The position numbers were made by a program, and so were the translations under genes. A model generated the notes under the pieces. It saw nothing but the letters and a program-made list of their open reading frames with translations. It was not told where the DNA came from and searched no databases. A stretch of DNA of 32,000 bases from Microcystis aeruginosa NIES-2549 (GTDB taxonomy: Bacteria; Cyanobacteriota; Cyanobacteriia; Cyanobacteriales; Microcystaceae): assembly GCF_000981785.2 (NCBI RefSeq), contig NZ_CP011304.1, positions 3,960,001-3,992,000 on the forward strand. The letters are read 5' to 3'. Numbering within the stretch: position 1 is the stretch's first letter; every line of letters begins with the position of its first letter. Shown piece by piece: positions 10,157 through 19,395 of the stretch.

Positions 10157-10828
10157 TTAATAACCATGTTCAGCCAGAAATTCTAGGCTAATCTCGCTAG
10201 GAGGGTGATAAGAACGCATTCCTAACAATTTTTCCACATATTTGCCTAAAATATCCCCTTCTAGATTCACCCAATCGCCTAATTTTAAATGGGAAAGATT
10301 GGTTTCGGCGTAGGTGTGGGGAATGACTGCCACTTTAAACCAGCTGCCGGAGGCATCACAATCGGCCACGGTTAAACTAATGCCATTAACAGCTATACTG
10401 CCCTTACCAACGATATAACGAGCTATGTAGTTATTCCACTGTTCTTCTAGGGAACTAGGGGCAGCAAAGGTCATTTCCCAAGAATTAGCCACGATTATCG
10501 ATTCGACTAAACAACCAATACCGTCCACATGGCCGGTGACAAAATGACCGCCGATTTTACTCCCCACCCGCAAAGAGGTTTCTAGGTTAACGTTGGTTTC
10601 TGTTTTAATCCTTCGTCCTAAAGTCGTGCGCTGTAGGGTTTCCGGGGAAGCGGTGGCCAGAAAACCCTCTGGGAGAATTTCCTCAACTGTCAAACAAACC
10701 CCATCCACAGCCACACTATCACCAATCATTAAATCTTGAATAATTGTATCAGAGGATACAGACAAATAGAGTCTGTCGGTATCCACGACCCGGATTGTTG
10801 CCAAGGCTTGAATTAATCCTGTAAACAT
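10157..10828 (-). CDS. ribE: riboflavin synthase alpha subunit
   Basis: N-terminus MFTGLIQ and two lumazine-binding repeats (GDSVAVDGVCLTV / GSIAVNGISLTV). Its start is 15 nt downstream of the proA stop. Confidence 0.93.
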   Translation of the reverse strand: MFTGLIQALATIRVVDTDRLYLSVSSDTIIQDLMIGDSVAVDGVCLTVEEILPEGFLATASPETLQRTTLGRRIKTETNVNLETSLRVGSKIGGHFVTGHVDGIGCLVESIIVANSWEMTFAAPSSLEEQWNNYIARYIVGKGSIAVNGISLTVADCDASGSWFKVAVIPHTYAETNLSHLKLGDWVNLEGDILGKYVEKLLGMRSYHPPSEISLEFLAEHGY

Positions 10829-10843
10829 CGGCTTTTTTCTCGA

Positions 10844-12139
10844 CTATAAGTCCTTATGAGTGAAAGATTGGGCATTTTCCCCAGAATAATCGGCGACAAT
10901 ATGACCATCTCCGGCTAATTGATATTTGTAGGTCACTAATCCCTCTAATCCCACCGGACCGCGGGGAGGCATTTTTTGGGTACTGATACCCACTTCGGCC
11001 CCGAAACCGTAACGGAAACCATCGGCAAATCGAGTGGAACAATTATGAAAAACTCCGGCGGCATCGACTCGATCGCTAAAGGTTTTGGCCGTGTTAAAAT
11101 TTTCGCTGACAATGGCTTCCGTGTGTCGAGAACCGTAATAATTAATATGTTCGATTGCCGATTCTAGACTATCGACAATTTTAATTGACAGGATTAAATC
11201 ACTATATTCGGTTTGCCAGTCCTGTTCTGTGGCCAATGGTACGTTAATAATCTGACGAGTTGTTTCATCTCCCAATAATTTAACCTTTTTTTCCTCTAAT
11301 GCCTGGGCCAATGCGGGTAAAAATTGTCTAGCGATGTCTTGATGAACCAATAAAGTTTCAATGGTATTACAAGCGGCAGGATATTGGGTTTTACCATCGA
11401 CGGTAATCCTAATTGCTTTGCTTAAATCGGCTTCTTTGTCGATGTAGAGATGACAGATACCATCGGCATGACCGAGGACGGGAATGCGGGTATTATTTTG
11501 GATATAACGCACAAATTCGTTAGAACCTCTAGGAATAATTAAATCGATGTATTGCTCAAGTTTTAATAGTTCCTGAATTTCTTCTCTTGTTGTTAATAAT
11601 CTTACCGCCGCTGGATTAACTTTAGTTTGACTCAAGGCCTGATGAATAATTGTTACTAAAGCTTGACAAGAACGGAGAGCCTCTTTCCCCCCTTTTAAAA
11701 TAACGCCATTACCAGATTTTATCGCTAAACTGGTAATTTGAATTAAAGCATCGGGACGAGCTTCAAAAATAACCCCTAAAACCCCTAAAGGACAGGTTAT
11801 TCTCCGAAGAGTTAAACCTTGATCTAATTCCCGATTAATTTGCATTGTAGCCAAAGGATCTGCTAATTTAGCCACATCTCGCACCCCGGCAATAGCGGCT
11901 TTTAATTTGCTGGAACTTAACTCTAATCGCGCACATAAAGCCGGAGATAATTCCATCGCCTTGGCGGTTTGAACATCGGCCATATTAGCTTCTAGTATCT
12001 TATCGGCATTGGCAGTCAAAGCCTCAGCAATAGCCTCTAAAGCTTCATTCCTTTCTTCGTTAGTCAGGATAGCCAGTTGACGACTCGCTTGACGGGTTTC
12101 TCTGGCGATTTCGGGGAGGGATAGAGAAGTTGTAACCAT
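10844..12139 (-). CDS. proA: gamma-glutamyl phosphate reductase
   Basis: 431-aa aldehyde-dehydrogenase-fold ORF with the catalytic Cys context [14 protein letters not shown] and the motif [12 protein letters not shown]. Confidence 0.95.
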   Translation of the reverse strand: MVTTSLSLPEIARETRQASRQLAILTNEERNEALEAIAEALTANADKILEANMADVQTAKAMELSPALCARLELSSSKLKAAIAGVRDVAKLADPLATMQINRELDQGLTLRRITCPLGVLGVIFEARPDALIQITSLAIKSGNGVILKGGKEALRSCQALVTIIHQALSQTKVNPAAVRLLTTREEIQELLKLEQYIDLIIPRGSNEFVRYIQNNTRIPVLGHADGICHLYIDKEADLSKAIRITVDGKTQYPAACNTIETLLVHQDIARQFLPALAQALEEKKVKLLGDETTRQIINVPLATEQDWQTEYSDLILSIKIVDSLESAIEHINYYGSRHTEAIVSENFNTAKTFSDRVDAAGVFHNCSTRFADGFRYGFGAEVGISTQKMPPRGPVGLEGLVTYKYQLAGDGHIVADYSGENAQSFTHKDL

Positions 12140-12307
12140 AGAAAATTAAACGTAATAACCGCTATCTTGTTTATTTTATCTTATTTTTGAGCAAGTTTCA
12201 GGGTCATTAGACCTCTTGTAAAAATCAAAAATTGTTGTTAGGGTTAGGATTCAGTAGCCAGGAGAATTAAGAATCAATAATAATTAATTAAATGGTCTAT
12301 TTACAGA

Positions 12308-12446
12308 TTTGGCTCTCTTGAGTTTGGTGGGTAAAATGTACTCTAAGATACAGTCCTGCCAGCGAGCGACTAGAACGAACCACAAAGACACAAAGGACAC
12401 AAAGATCGATCCTATATAAGTTAAACTTATCACACAAAGAATAAGA
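12308..12446. repeat. ~140-bp dispersed repeat (MITE-like), copy 1
   Basis: It aligns along its length with 28871-29015. Shared blocks are GGCTCTCTTG.GTTTGGTGGGTAAAATGTA and GAACCACAAAGACACAAAGGACACAAAGATCG....CTATATAAGTTAAACTTATCACACAAAGAATAAGA. Confidence 0.85.
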
Positions 12447-12620
12447 AAACCCTGATTTTAGGCAATTTAATCTTTATTTTCGAGGTTTATTGAAGGTTAT
12501 CAACTCTTGTCATGATCATCATAAATCTAGTTAAATAGAAAAAATAGCCGAAATTAGTGATTTTTCTATCCTAGACCTGTAGAGACATTATAGTTAACAT
12601 CCCTACAGCATCTAGACTAT

Positions 12621-13793
12621 CTAGACCAGATTGGCAATCAGACAGTTAGATACTTCTTGACGCGCCCAATTATCGGCGGCTAAAATATCATCTAGGCTAG
12701 GGGTAGAACTGTTATGAATTGTAAAGCGATCGCAAACTTTTTCGATCACCCGGGGAATATCTAAGAAGCTAATCTTTTCTTCTAAAAATAATGCTACCGC
12801 TTGTTCATTGGCCGCGTTTAATACTGCCGGCATTGCCCCACCCGCACGGCCAGCTGCGTAGGCTAATCCCATACAGGGATATTTTTGATGATCGGGTTCT
12901 TTGAAGGTTAAACTGCCGGCTTTAACTAAATTTAAAGGTTCCCAATCCGTATAAATTCTTTCAGGCCAAGACAAGGCATATAACAGGGGCAAACGCATAT
13001 CAGGCCAGCCTAATTGGGCTAAAACTGAGGTATCCTGTAACTCAATTAAAGAGTGAATAATACTTTGGGGATGAATAACAATATCGATCGCATTATAATC
13101 GACACCAAATAAATAATGAGCCTCGATAACTTCTAGACCTTTATTCATTAACGTAGCCGAATCGATGGTGATTTTTCTGCCCATAGACCAGTTAGGATGT
13201 TTCAGGGCATCAGCTACGGTTACTTGCGGCAATTTTTCCACTGGTAAATCCCGAAAAGCACCCCCAGAAGCGGTGAGAATAATCTTTTTTAATCCCCCAG
13301 GGGGAACTCCCTGTAAACATTGAAAAATAGCTGAATGTTCCGAGTCAGCAGGTAATAATTTAACTCGGTGTTTTTCCACTAAAGGCAGCACCACCGGACC
13401 GCCAGCAATCAGGGTTTCTTTATTAGCGAGGGCGATATCTTTACCGGCAGTAATAGCGGCAATCGTGGGCAGCAATCCCGCACAACCGACAATTCCCGTG
13501 ACGACGCTTTCGGAATCGCCATAACGGGCCACTTCGATTACTCCTTCCTTTCCTGCTAGGATAATCGGGGTATAGTCAAGGTCGGAAATTAGGCTTTTCA
13601 GGTCTTCTAGTTGACTTTCGTTGTTAATCGCCACGATTTGCGGGCGAAATTGCCGAATTTGCTCCGATAGTAGTTGAATATTATTACCCGTGGCTAATCC
13701 CACCACTTGAAACTTATCGGGATGATCGGTGACAATATCGAGAGTTTGAGTACCGATCGAGCCAGTAGAGCCTAAAATCGAGATTTTTTTCAT
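12621..13793 (-). CDS. dxr: 1-deoxy-D-xylulose 5-phosphate reductoisomerase
   Basis: 390-aa ORF with the NADPH motif [16 protein letters not shown] and the catalytic region [15 protein letters not shown]. Confidence 0.97.
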   Translation of the reverse strand: MKKISILGSTGSIGTQTLDIVTDHPDKFQVVGLATGNNIQLLSEQIRQFRPQIVAINNESQLEDLKSLISDLDYTPIILAGKEGVIEVARYGDSESVVTGIVGCAGLLPTIAAITAGKDIALANKETLIAGGPVVLPLVEKHRVKLLPADSEHSAIFQCLQGVPPGGLKKIILTASGGAFRDLPVEKLPQVTVADALKHPNWSMGRKITIDSATLMNKGLEVIEAHYLFGVDYNAIDIVIHPQSIIHSLIELQDTSVLAQLGWPDMRLPLLYALSWPERIYTDWEPLNLVKAGSLTFKEPDHQKYPCMGLAYAAGRAGGAMPAVLNAANEQAVALFLEEKISFLDIPRVIEKVCDRFTIHNSSTPSLDDILAADNWARQEVSNCLIANLV

Positions 13794-14030
13794 AGAAACT
13801 TACTATAATTTGGGGATTAGCTTTTAATATACGTTCTCTGGTGTCCTTCCGGCACATCAGCGTAAATATTAAATATTTGTTAAAAAAGTTGATAGTTTGA
13901 CCTTTTTATGCTATGGGTTAGAAAAAGTTAGCGATAGAGATGGTGACAGGGAAGAAATCCCATAGAAAGACCGATGGATGAGGCTGTCTAGCGGGGGGTA
14001 TGGTTTGCTGTTAAATTTGGGTTAAGTCGC

Positions 14031-14066
14031 AGAAAAAACAACCGAACTTAAACTTAAGTTCGGCTA
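14031..14066 (-). terminator. intrinsic terminator of desC
   Basis: CCGAACTTAA (14043-14052) and TTAAGTTCGG (14055-14064) are a perfect inverted repeat. On the minus strand the hairpin is followed by TTGTTTTTTCT, 32 nt after the desC stop. Confidence 0.65.
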
Positions 14067-14097
14067 GATTTATCATCTATTTAACCACTAAATAAAA

Positions 14098-14931
14098 CTA
14101 ACTTTCTGTCGCCGTTGCCGTGGTGGGAGGCAACTTAATATTAGTAGCTAATCCTAGAATTTGCAGCAGACGAATGGTCATCCAAGTCAGGTCAACTTCC
14201 CACCATTGTAGGCCATGACGGGCAGAATACTGATAGGCATGGTGATTATTGTGCCAACCTTCACCGAAAGTTAAGATGGCAACCCACCAACAATTTTTAG
14301 AATTATCGTGGGATTCATGGCTAACATAACCAAATTTGTGAGTGGCGCTATTGACAAACCAAGTGGAGTGGAAAACTAAGACCAAGCGAACAAAAATTCC
14401 CCAAATTACAAACGGCCAACCACCCATAGCATAGAGAATTAAGCCTAAAACAATTTGGATAGGAACAAAATAATTTTGACAGAATTTATAGAAAGGATCG
14501 TCGGCGATATCTTGGGTAAAACGGGCAATTTCTTCGTCGGCAGGAATTTCGTGTAACATCCAACCCATGTGACTCCACCAGAAACCTTTATTAGAATCGT
14601 GGGGATCGGGAGCAGTATCAGAATATTTATGATGAATACGATGTAAACCTATCCATGAGATCGCACCCCCCTGACAAGCGAGGGTTCCGCACAAAACCAG
14701 AAAGTATTCTAACCATTTGGGAGTCTTAAAACTCCGATGGGAGACCAAACGATGGAAACCGAGGGTAATTCCTAAACCCCCGGTAATCCAATAAAGAATC
14801 AATGTCACTCCCACAGCACCCCAGCTAAAATTGCCAGGCAAGAAGGCTAAAAGAGCCACTAAGTGGATAAAAGCCATGTAGATGAGAGTCACCCAGTCGA
14901 TGGGAAGTTTTTCGGAAGTCGCAACAGTCAT
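14098..14931 (-). CDS. desC: acyl-lipid/acyl-CoA delta-9 fatty acid desaturase
   Basis: Three His boxes with delta-9 spacing (HRLVSH, HRIHHKYSD, HNNHHAYQ) and 4 TM segments. ATG at 14931 is preferred over TTG at 14943. Confidence 0.92.
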   Translation of the reverse strand: MTVATSEKLPIDWVTLIYMAFIHLVALLAFLPGNFSWGAVGVTLILYWITGGLGITLGFHRLVSHRSFKTPKWLEYFLVLCGTLACQGGAISWIGLHRIHHKYSDTAPDPHDSNKGFWWSHMGWMLHEIPADEEIARFTQDIADDPFYKFCQNYFVPIQIVLGLILYAMGGWPFVIWGIFVRLVLVFHSTWFVNSATHKFGYVSHESHDNSKNCWWVAILTFGEGWHNNHHAYQYSARHGLQWWEVDLTWMTIRLLQILGLATNIKLPPTTATATES

Positions 14932-15439
14932 TGAATAACCCAAAGGGAAACAACAGGAGACAGAGCATCATTGTCTTATCTGTCTCGATTTGACACAGGG
15001 GGAACTTTGACGCTTATTGACACTCCCGTCGCTAAAAGCGAGGGATTCTTGGTTCAACGAGTCCACTTAAATTAGATGCCTTGCGTTATCCAACCCAGAG
15101 GTGGTTCTCTCCCCAAGCATTACTTTTCGTATGCCCCACGATAGTTGTATTTCTACAAAATTTGCTTGAATTGAAGTGTTAGCTTCAAATACTGCTTTGT
15201 CTAGTTCCTGCAAAGATTTTACCTACCTACAGGTAGAAACTAGAACAATTAGGCAGAACCCCAGCTCTTGATTGTCAAGGTGCAGATAGCGTAGTGATTA
15301 GACTACATGGGTTTTTAGAGCGGTTGATTACCCTATCCGCTATACTTGTATGGTAGCTATTTTGCCTGGATAGGTCAAGACCCTTAAAAGAAGAAGTTAT
15401 TCGAGATTTTGTCAGGAGACTGGACACCTATTTTTAATC

Positions 15440-15682
15440 GTGCTTCGTGTCACTGAGCTTGTCGAAGTGCTGTTCTAGGCTGCCCTTTGTTTCATCCCGT
15501 CGCTAAAAGCGAGGGCTTCGGCCGTGAGCTTAGCCGAACGGTCTTCACCCCGACATTTGAGATAAATAGTAACAAATATCACAGTCTATTGTTTGATGGA
15601 TATCCCCTCTCTACTCCACAGGGCAGAAAAGGCCCTACTCCCCATCTTTTCGGAAATTGACGCACAGGTCAAGGAAAATCTC
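15440..15682 (+). repeat. left copy of the long direct repeat bracketing the 11.9-kb segment (last 105 bp perfect)
   Basis: 15578-15682 is identical to 27507-27611 (offset 11,929 nt). 15440-15577 is a degenerate match to 27338-27506. Confidence 0.95.
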
Positions 15683-15733
15683 GCTAAAATCTTATTGGGA
15701 AAGTATGGCGAAGCGATTGATTTCCCTAGGTGA
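15596..15733 (+). pseudogene. 5' stub (29 identical codons) of the YnbB-like PLP-enzyme gene found intact at 27525
   Basis: ATG 15596 reads MDIPSLLHRAEKALLPIFSEIDAQVKENL, identical in nucleotides to 27525-27611. It then diverges (AKILLGKYGEAIDFPR) and stops at 15731-15733. Confidence 0.85.
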
Positions 15734-15901
15734 GGGTTTTTATAGGCAATGCTATCGGACGGGAAAGCCCCAGTCAATACAGCCTAATCTCTTCTAGAAA
15801 CAGTAAATAAGGTAATTTATAGACAAAAAAAGATAAATAAGTCCAAAATATCTGTTTTATCCGATCAGAACTCTATATTTAGCCAGATTAAATAGAACTC
15901 A

Positions 15902-17188
15902 ATGACTCTTAACTTACCTAAACAAATAGTTCAGGCTAATCATCCTCATCCCGTGGCGATCGGCGAAATTGTCTCGATAGCGATCGAAGCCCTCTGGAGT
16001 AATAAACTGCGGACTTTGTTAACCATGTTAGGGGTGATTATTGGCATTGCCTCCGTGATTGCTCTCACCTCCGTAGGCCAAGGAGTACAAAAAGCCACCG
16101 AACAAAAAATTCAATCTCTAGGTACTAATGTTTTACAAATTTTACCCGGAGAAGCCAGAACCGGGGGGATTAGTCTCGGCCGCGGTTCCAGTAGTACCTT
16201 AATCTGGGAAGATGCCAAAGTTATTCAAAATCAAGTTCCTGGTGTGCAGGTGGTCTCCGCCTATCTGCAGCGTCCAGCACCAGTGGTGGCGGGCCAGGTC
16301 AATCATGCCACTAATGTGGTGGGAATCGATCTCAACTACATGAAAGCCAGAAATACAGAACTCAGCCAAGGTCGATTTTTTACCGAGGAAGAAATGGCAC
16401 AGGCGACACCAGTGGCGATTTTAGGCTCGACTCTGTTAACAGAACTCTTTGGCGATGATACTAATCCTATCGGCAAAAAGCTTTGGATTGAAAGAAAAAA
16501 TAGTTACGAAATTATTGGGGTATTTGAGCCAAAAGGTGCAGAAGGTTCGATTGATCGCGACGATCAGGTCTTTATTCCTCTGAGCAATATGTCTTCTCGT
16601 CTGGTGGGCAATAATTCTTTAAGTGGTAAGGCCGTTAACGGCATTTATGTCAAAGTTGACCAGCAAGATCAGATGAAAAATGCCGAGTATCAAATTACTA
16701 ATCTTTTGCGTCAGCGTCACAATCTCGCCGCTGCTCAAGCCGATGATTTTAGCATTAGAAACCAAACAGATGTGGTCAAAACCTTGACCACGGTAGTGGG
16801 TTTGTTTACAGTGATGCTGGTGGCTATCGCTGGCATTTCCCTAGTAGTCGGTGGTATTGGCATCGCTAATATCATGTTAGTTTCCGTGGTGGAACGCACC
16901 AGGGAAATCGGGATTCGCAAAGCTGTGGGGGCCACCCGTTCGGCCATCCTCCAGCAGTTTTTAGCGGAATCGGTGATGATTTCCCTGACTGGCGGCGGCA
17001 TCGGTGTATTATCGGGAATTTTAGTCGCCCTCTGTAGCGCCCAGATTTTCCGATTTCCCTTTGTCTTGTCAGGTTGGTCGATAATCAGTGGATTTGGCTT
17101 ATCTTTTATCGTTGGTTTGTTAGCAGGAGTAATTCCCGCCCGTTCTGCCGCTCATTTAGACCCGATTACCGCTTTACGACGGGATTGA
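15902..17188 (+). CDS. ABC transporter permease, MacB/DevC (FtsX-like) family
   Basis: 428-aa ORF with an N-terminal TM, a large periplasmic domain and a C-terminal FtsX-type 3-TM bundle (REIGIRKAVGATRSAILQQFLAES). Confidence 0.9.
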   Translation: MTLNLPKQIVQANHPHPVAIGEIVSIAIEALWSNKLRTLLTMLGVIIGIASVIALTSVGQGVQKATEQKIQSLGTNVLQILPGEARTGGISLGRGSSSTLIWEDAKVIQNQVPGVQVVSAYLQRPAPVVAGQVNHATNVVGIDLNYMKARNTELSQGRFFTEEEMAQATPVAILGSTLLTELFGDDTNPIGKKLWIERKNSYEIIGVFEPKGAEGSIDRDDQVFIPLSNMSSRLVGNNSLSGKAVNGIYVKVDQQDQMKNAEYQITNLLRQRHNLAAAQADDFSIRNQTDVVKTLTTVVGLFTVMLVAIAGISLVVGGIGIANIMLVSVVERTREIGIRKAVGATRSAILQQFLAESVMISLTGGGIGVLSGILVALCSAQIFRFPFVLSGWSIISGFGLSFIVGLLAGVIPARSAAHLDPITALRRD

Positions 17189-17200
17189 GGCCAATACATC

Positions 17201-17863
17201 CTAAAAAACGATTAAGCCATCTTGAAGACGGATCACCCGCCTAGTTTGGGCAGCTACATCAGGATCGTGGGTGACAATCACAATCGTGATCCCCTGTTGA
17301 TTGAGTTCGGTTAGTAAATCCATCAGTTCTTGGGAAGTTTGTGTATCTAAGGCCCCCGTCGGCTCATCGGCCAACACCAGAGCCGGTTGATTAACTAGGG
17401 CCCGGGCGATGGCGACTCGCTGTTGTTGTCCCCCGGAAAGTTGGCTAGGCCGATTGTGGAGATAATTAGTCAACCCAACTCTAGCTAAAGCTTGCATCGC
17501 TCTTTGACGGCGCCTTGGCTTGGGAACATTGGCATAGACCATCGGCAACATGACATTTTCTAGGGCAGTGGAGCGGGACAATAAATTAAATTGTTGGAAG
17601 ACAAAGCCAATCCTCTGATTGCGAATATATGCCAGTTGGTTATCGTCCAAGTTCTTTAAGTTTCTGCCTTCTAAAATATATTGTCCCCCCGTCGGGCGAT
17701 CGAGGCAGCCGATAATATTCATCAGGGTTGATTTCCCGGAACCCGAAGCTCCCATAATGGACACGTATTCCCCTGACTGAATTTCCAGATCTATGCCCCG
17801 AAGAACAGGAATTTTCACTTCCCCTAGAGAGTAAATTTTTGTAATTGTCTGCAAGAAAATCAT
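17201..17863 (-). CDS. ABC transporter ATP-binding protein, MacB/DevA/LolD-like
   Basis: Walker A GASGSGKST, signature LSGGQQQRVAIARAL and Walker B LVLADEPTGALD. ATG 17863 (MIFLQTITKIYSLGEV) is preferred over the upstream Met at 17923. It is convergent with the permease, with 12 nt between the stops. Confidence 0.9.
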   Translation of the reverse strand: MIFLQTITKIYSLGEVKIPVLRGIDLEIQSGEYVSIMGASGSGKSTLMNIIGCLDRPTGGQYILEGRNLKNLDDNQLAYIRNQRIGFVFQQFNLLSRSTALENVMLPMVYANVPKPRRRQRAMQALARVGLTNYLHNRPSQLSGGQQQRVAIARALVNQPALVLADEPTGALDTQTSQELMDLLTELNQQGITIVIVTHDPDVAAQTRRVIRLQDGLIVF

Positions 17864-18144
17864 CGTTTTTACCAGGGGTGATTTAATACCCACATTCCGC
17901 AGGTTGACAAACAAAAAAATCATTAAACCTGAAAGCCTTTCTGTGCAAGGGCTTCATCTAATTTAGTTCACTTGAATTAATCTGTTTCTTGATATTGATA
18001 ATGAATCCTCCTTATTGAGAATTTGTTGAGCAAGGCTTGTACGATATTGCTTTGCGAAAATTATCCCTCTTTTGTCAGTTTAGGAAATTTCCAGGAAATT
18101 AGGCCGTTTCAGCCCAAGATAAATCAAGGTTTGACAAAAGAGGG

Positions 18145-18265
18145 GGGAGCATCTCACCTTTGTAACCCCTAAATCAGGTTTTATGTCAAGCTATTTTGAA
18201 AGCCTTGCTAGAAACCAGTTTTAGGGACAAGTGTAATTACTCACTTGCATAAATAAGATACTCCC
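18145..18265. mobile_element. ~121-bp MITE, copy R1, with 12-bp terminal inverted repeats and an 8-bp target-site duplication
   Basis: TIRs are GGGAGCATCTCA and TAAGATACTCCC (2 mismatches). It is flanked by AAAGAGGG at 18137-18144 and at 18266-18273. It aligns with R2 over its full length. Confidence 0.8.
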
Positions 18266-18438
18266 AAAGAGGGATATTTATGAAGTGGAATCTGAACTGC
18301 GGAATGTTGGATATAATCCAATTATAGTCATTTCAGATAAGTCTGATACACTCTAGACCGACAAAACCCTTATGAACTCTGGGATTGATATTCTCAATCT
18401 TAATTGAAATGACTATATGTACTAAAAACAGGAAATTC

Positions 18439-19092
18439 ATGACAGATATTCACTCGATCATCGGTATATTCCCCTCCAATGAAGAAGCAAACACAGTTGT
18501 ATTGGAGTTACAAAAAAAAGGCTTCGATATCAAAAAACTTTCATTGCTAAAAACCATTGGCACCCCAAACATAGAGGGTGCAGACTTCCACCCACCTCAC
18601 CCGGCAGGAATTCAACCCCCTCACCCAGAGGGGATGCAGCCTCCTTACCACCCAATGGGCATTCAACCCCCTCATCTGGAAGGAGTTCAACCTCCTGTCT
18701 CAGAAAGAGTTGAACCCCTTCATCCGGAAGGGGTTCAACCCCCCTGTACTCATTTCTTGCCCGGAAGATTACCATCTTCAGCAGTTGGCTTGGCCTTAGT
18801 AGGAGCAGAAGCAGCTGGAATACTATTTATTCCAGGCACAGGACCTGTTTTGATTGCCGGACCGATTGCGAGAACACTGGTAAGTTATGTGGAAAAAATG
18901 ATTACTGATGGCCTTGATCCGGCGGCAATCTCAGCAACTGGGGGACTAACAGAGGGATTGGGCATTCCCAAGCATAAAGCACTGCAATACGAGACTGAAA
19001 TCAGAGCAGGCAAATATGTTTTGCTGATATCGGGGAGTGAGGAAGATGTCAGTCAAGCTAAAAATAGCAGTGGAAGCATCTCACCTTTGTAA
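18439..19092 (+). CDS. stress-protein-like (YflT/DUF1269-like) glycine-zipper membrane protein with a Pro-rich octapeptide-repeat insert
   Basis: ATG 18439 is preceded by AGGA. The N-terminal domain (IIGIFPSNEEANTVVLELQKKGFDIKKLSLL) and C-terminal domain (IRAGKYVLLISGSEEDVSQAK) flank a Gly-rich hydrophobic segment. The last 7 codons and the stop come from MITE R2. The family call rests on recalled domain architecture, not a search. Confidence 0.65.
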   Translation: MTDIHSIIGIFPSNEEANTVVLELQKKGFDIKKLSLLKTIGTPNIEGADFHPPHPAGIQPPHPEGMQPPYHPMGIQPPHLEGVQPPVSERVEPLHPEGVQPPCTHFLPGRLPSSAVGLALVGAEAAGILFIPGTGPVLIAGPIARTLVSYVEKMITDGLDPAAISATGGLTEGLGIPKHKALQYETEIRAGKYVLLISGSEEDVSQAKNSSGSISPL

Positions 19093-19193
19093 CCCCTAAA
19101 TCAGGTTTTTATGTCAATCTATTTTGAAAGCCTTGCTAGAAAACAGTTTTAGGGATAAATATAATTACTCACCTGCATGAATGAGATGCTCCC
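19072..19193. mobile_element. ~122-bp MITE, copy R2
   Basis: TIRs are GGAAGCATCTCA and TGAGATGCTCCC. Flanks are AATAGCAG(T) at 19063-19071 and AATAGCAG at 19194-19201. The interior is near-identical to R1 (CCTTTGTAACCCCTAAATCAGGTTTT.ATGTCAA.CTATTTTGAAAGCCTTGCTAGAAA.CAGTTTTAGGGA). Confidence 0.8.
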
Positions 19194-19299
19194 AATAGCA
19201 GAATAGCAGTCTTACTTCGCCTAAAGGGAGCATACCATTTTCGTAAAATTATTACCAATAGTAAGGCAATAGAAAGGGTTTCAGTTCCCCTGAGAATGG

Positions 19300-19395
19300 C
19301 TAACGTGCCAAATTGGGATGCTCCCCGCCTAAAAGATAAATTTTTGTAATCGTCTGCCAGAAAATCATCGTTTTTACCACGGGTGTTTTGGGATA
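19300..19395 (-). pseudogene. duplicated 5' UTR plus first ~22 codons of the DevA-like ATPase gene
   Basis: TAAATTTTTGTAATCGTCTGCCAGAAAATCATCGTTTTTACCACGGGTG matches 17832-17880 with 3 mismatches in 49 nt. It reads MIFWQTITKIYLLGGEHPNLAR* against the intact MIFLQTITKIYSLGEVKIPVLRG. Confidence 0.75.

Noticed and set aside
15040-15065. GGTTCAACGAGTCC, resembling a tRNA T-arm.
   Set aside because: No acceptor or anticodon stems can be built around it. It is part of the repeat-module head.
15586-15777. 63-aa minus-strand ORF.
   Set aside because: It is antisense to the duplicated 5' stub of the PLP-enzyme gene. It exists only because that fragment is open on the opposite strand.
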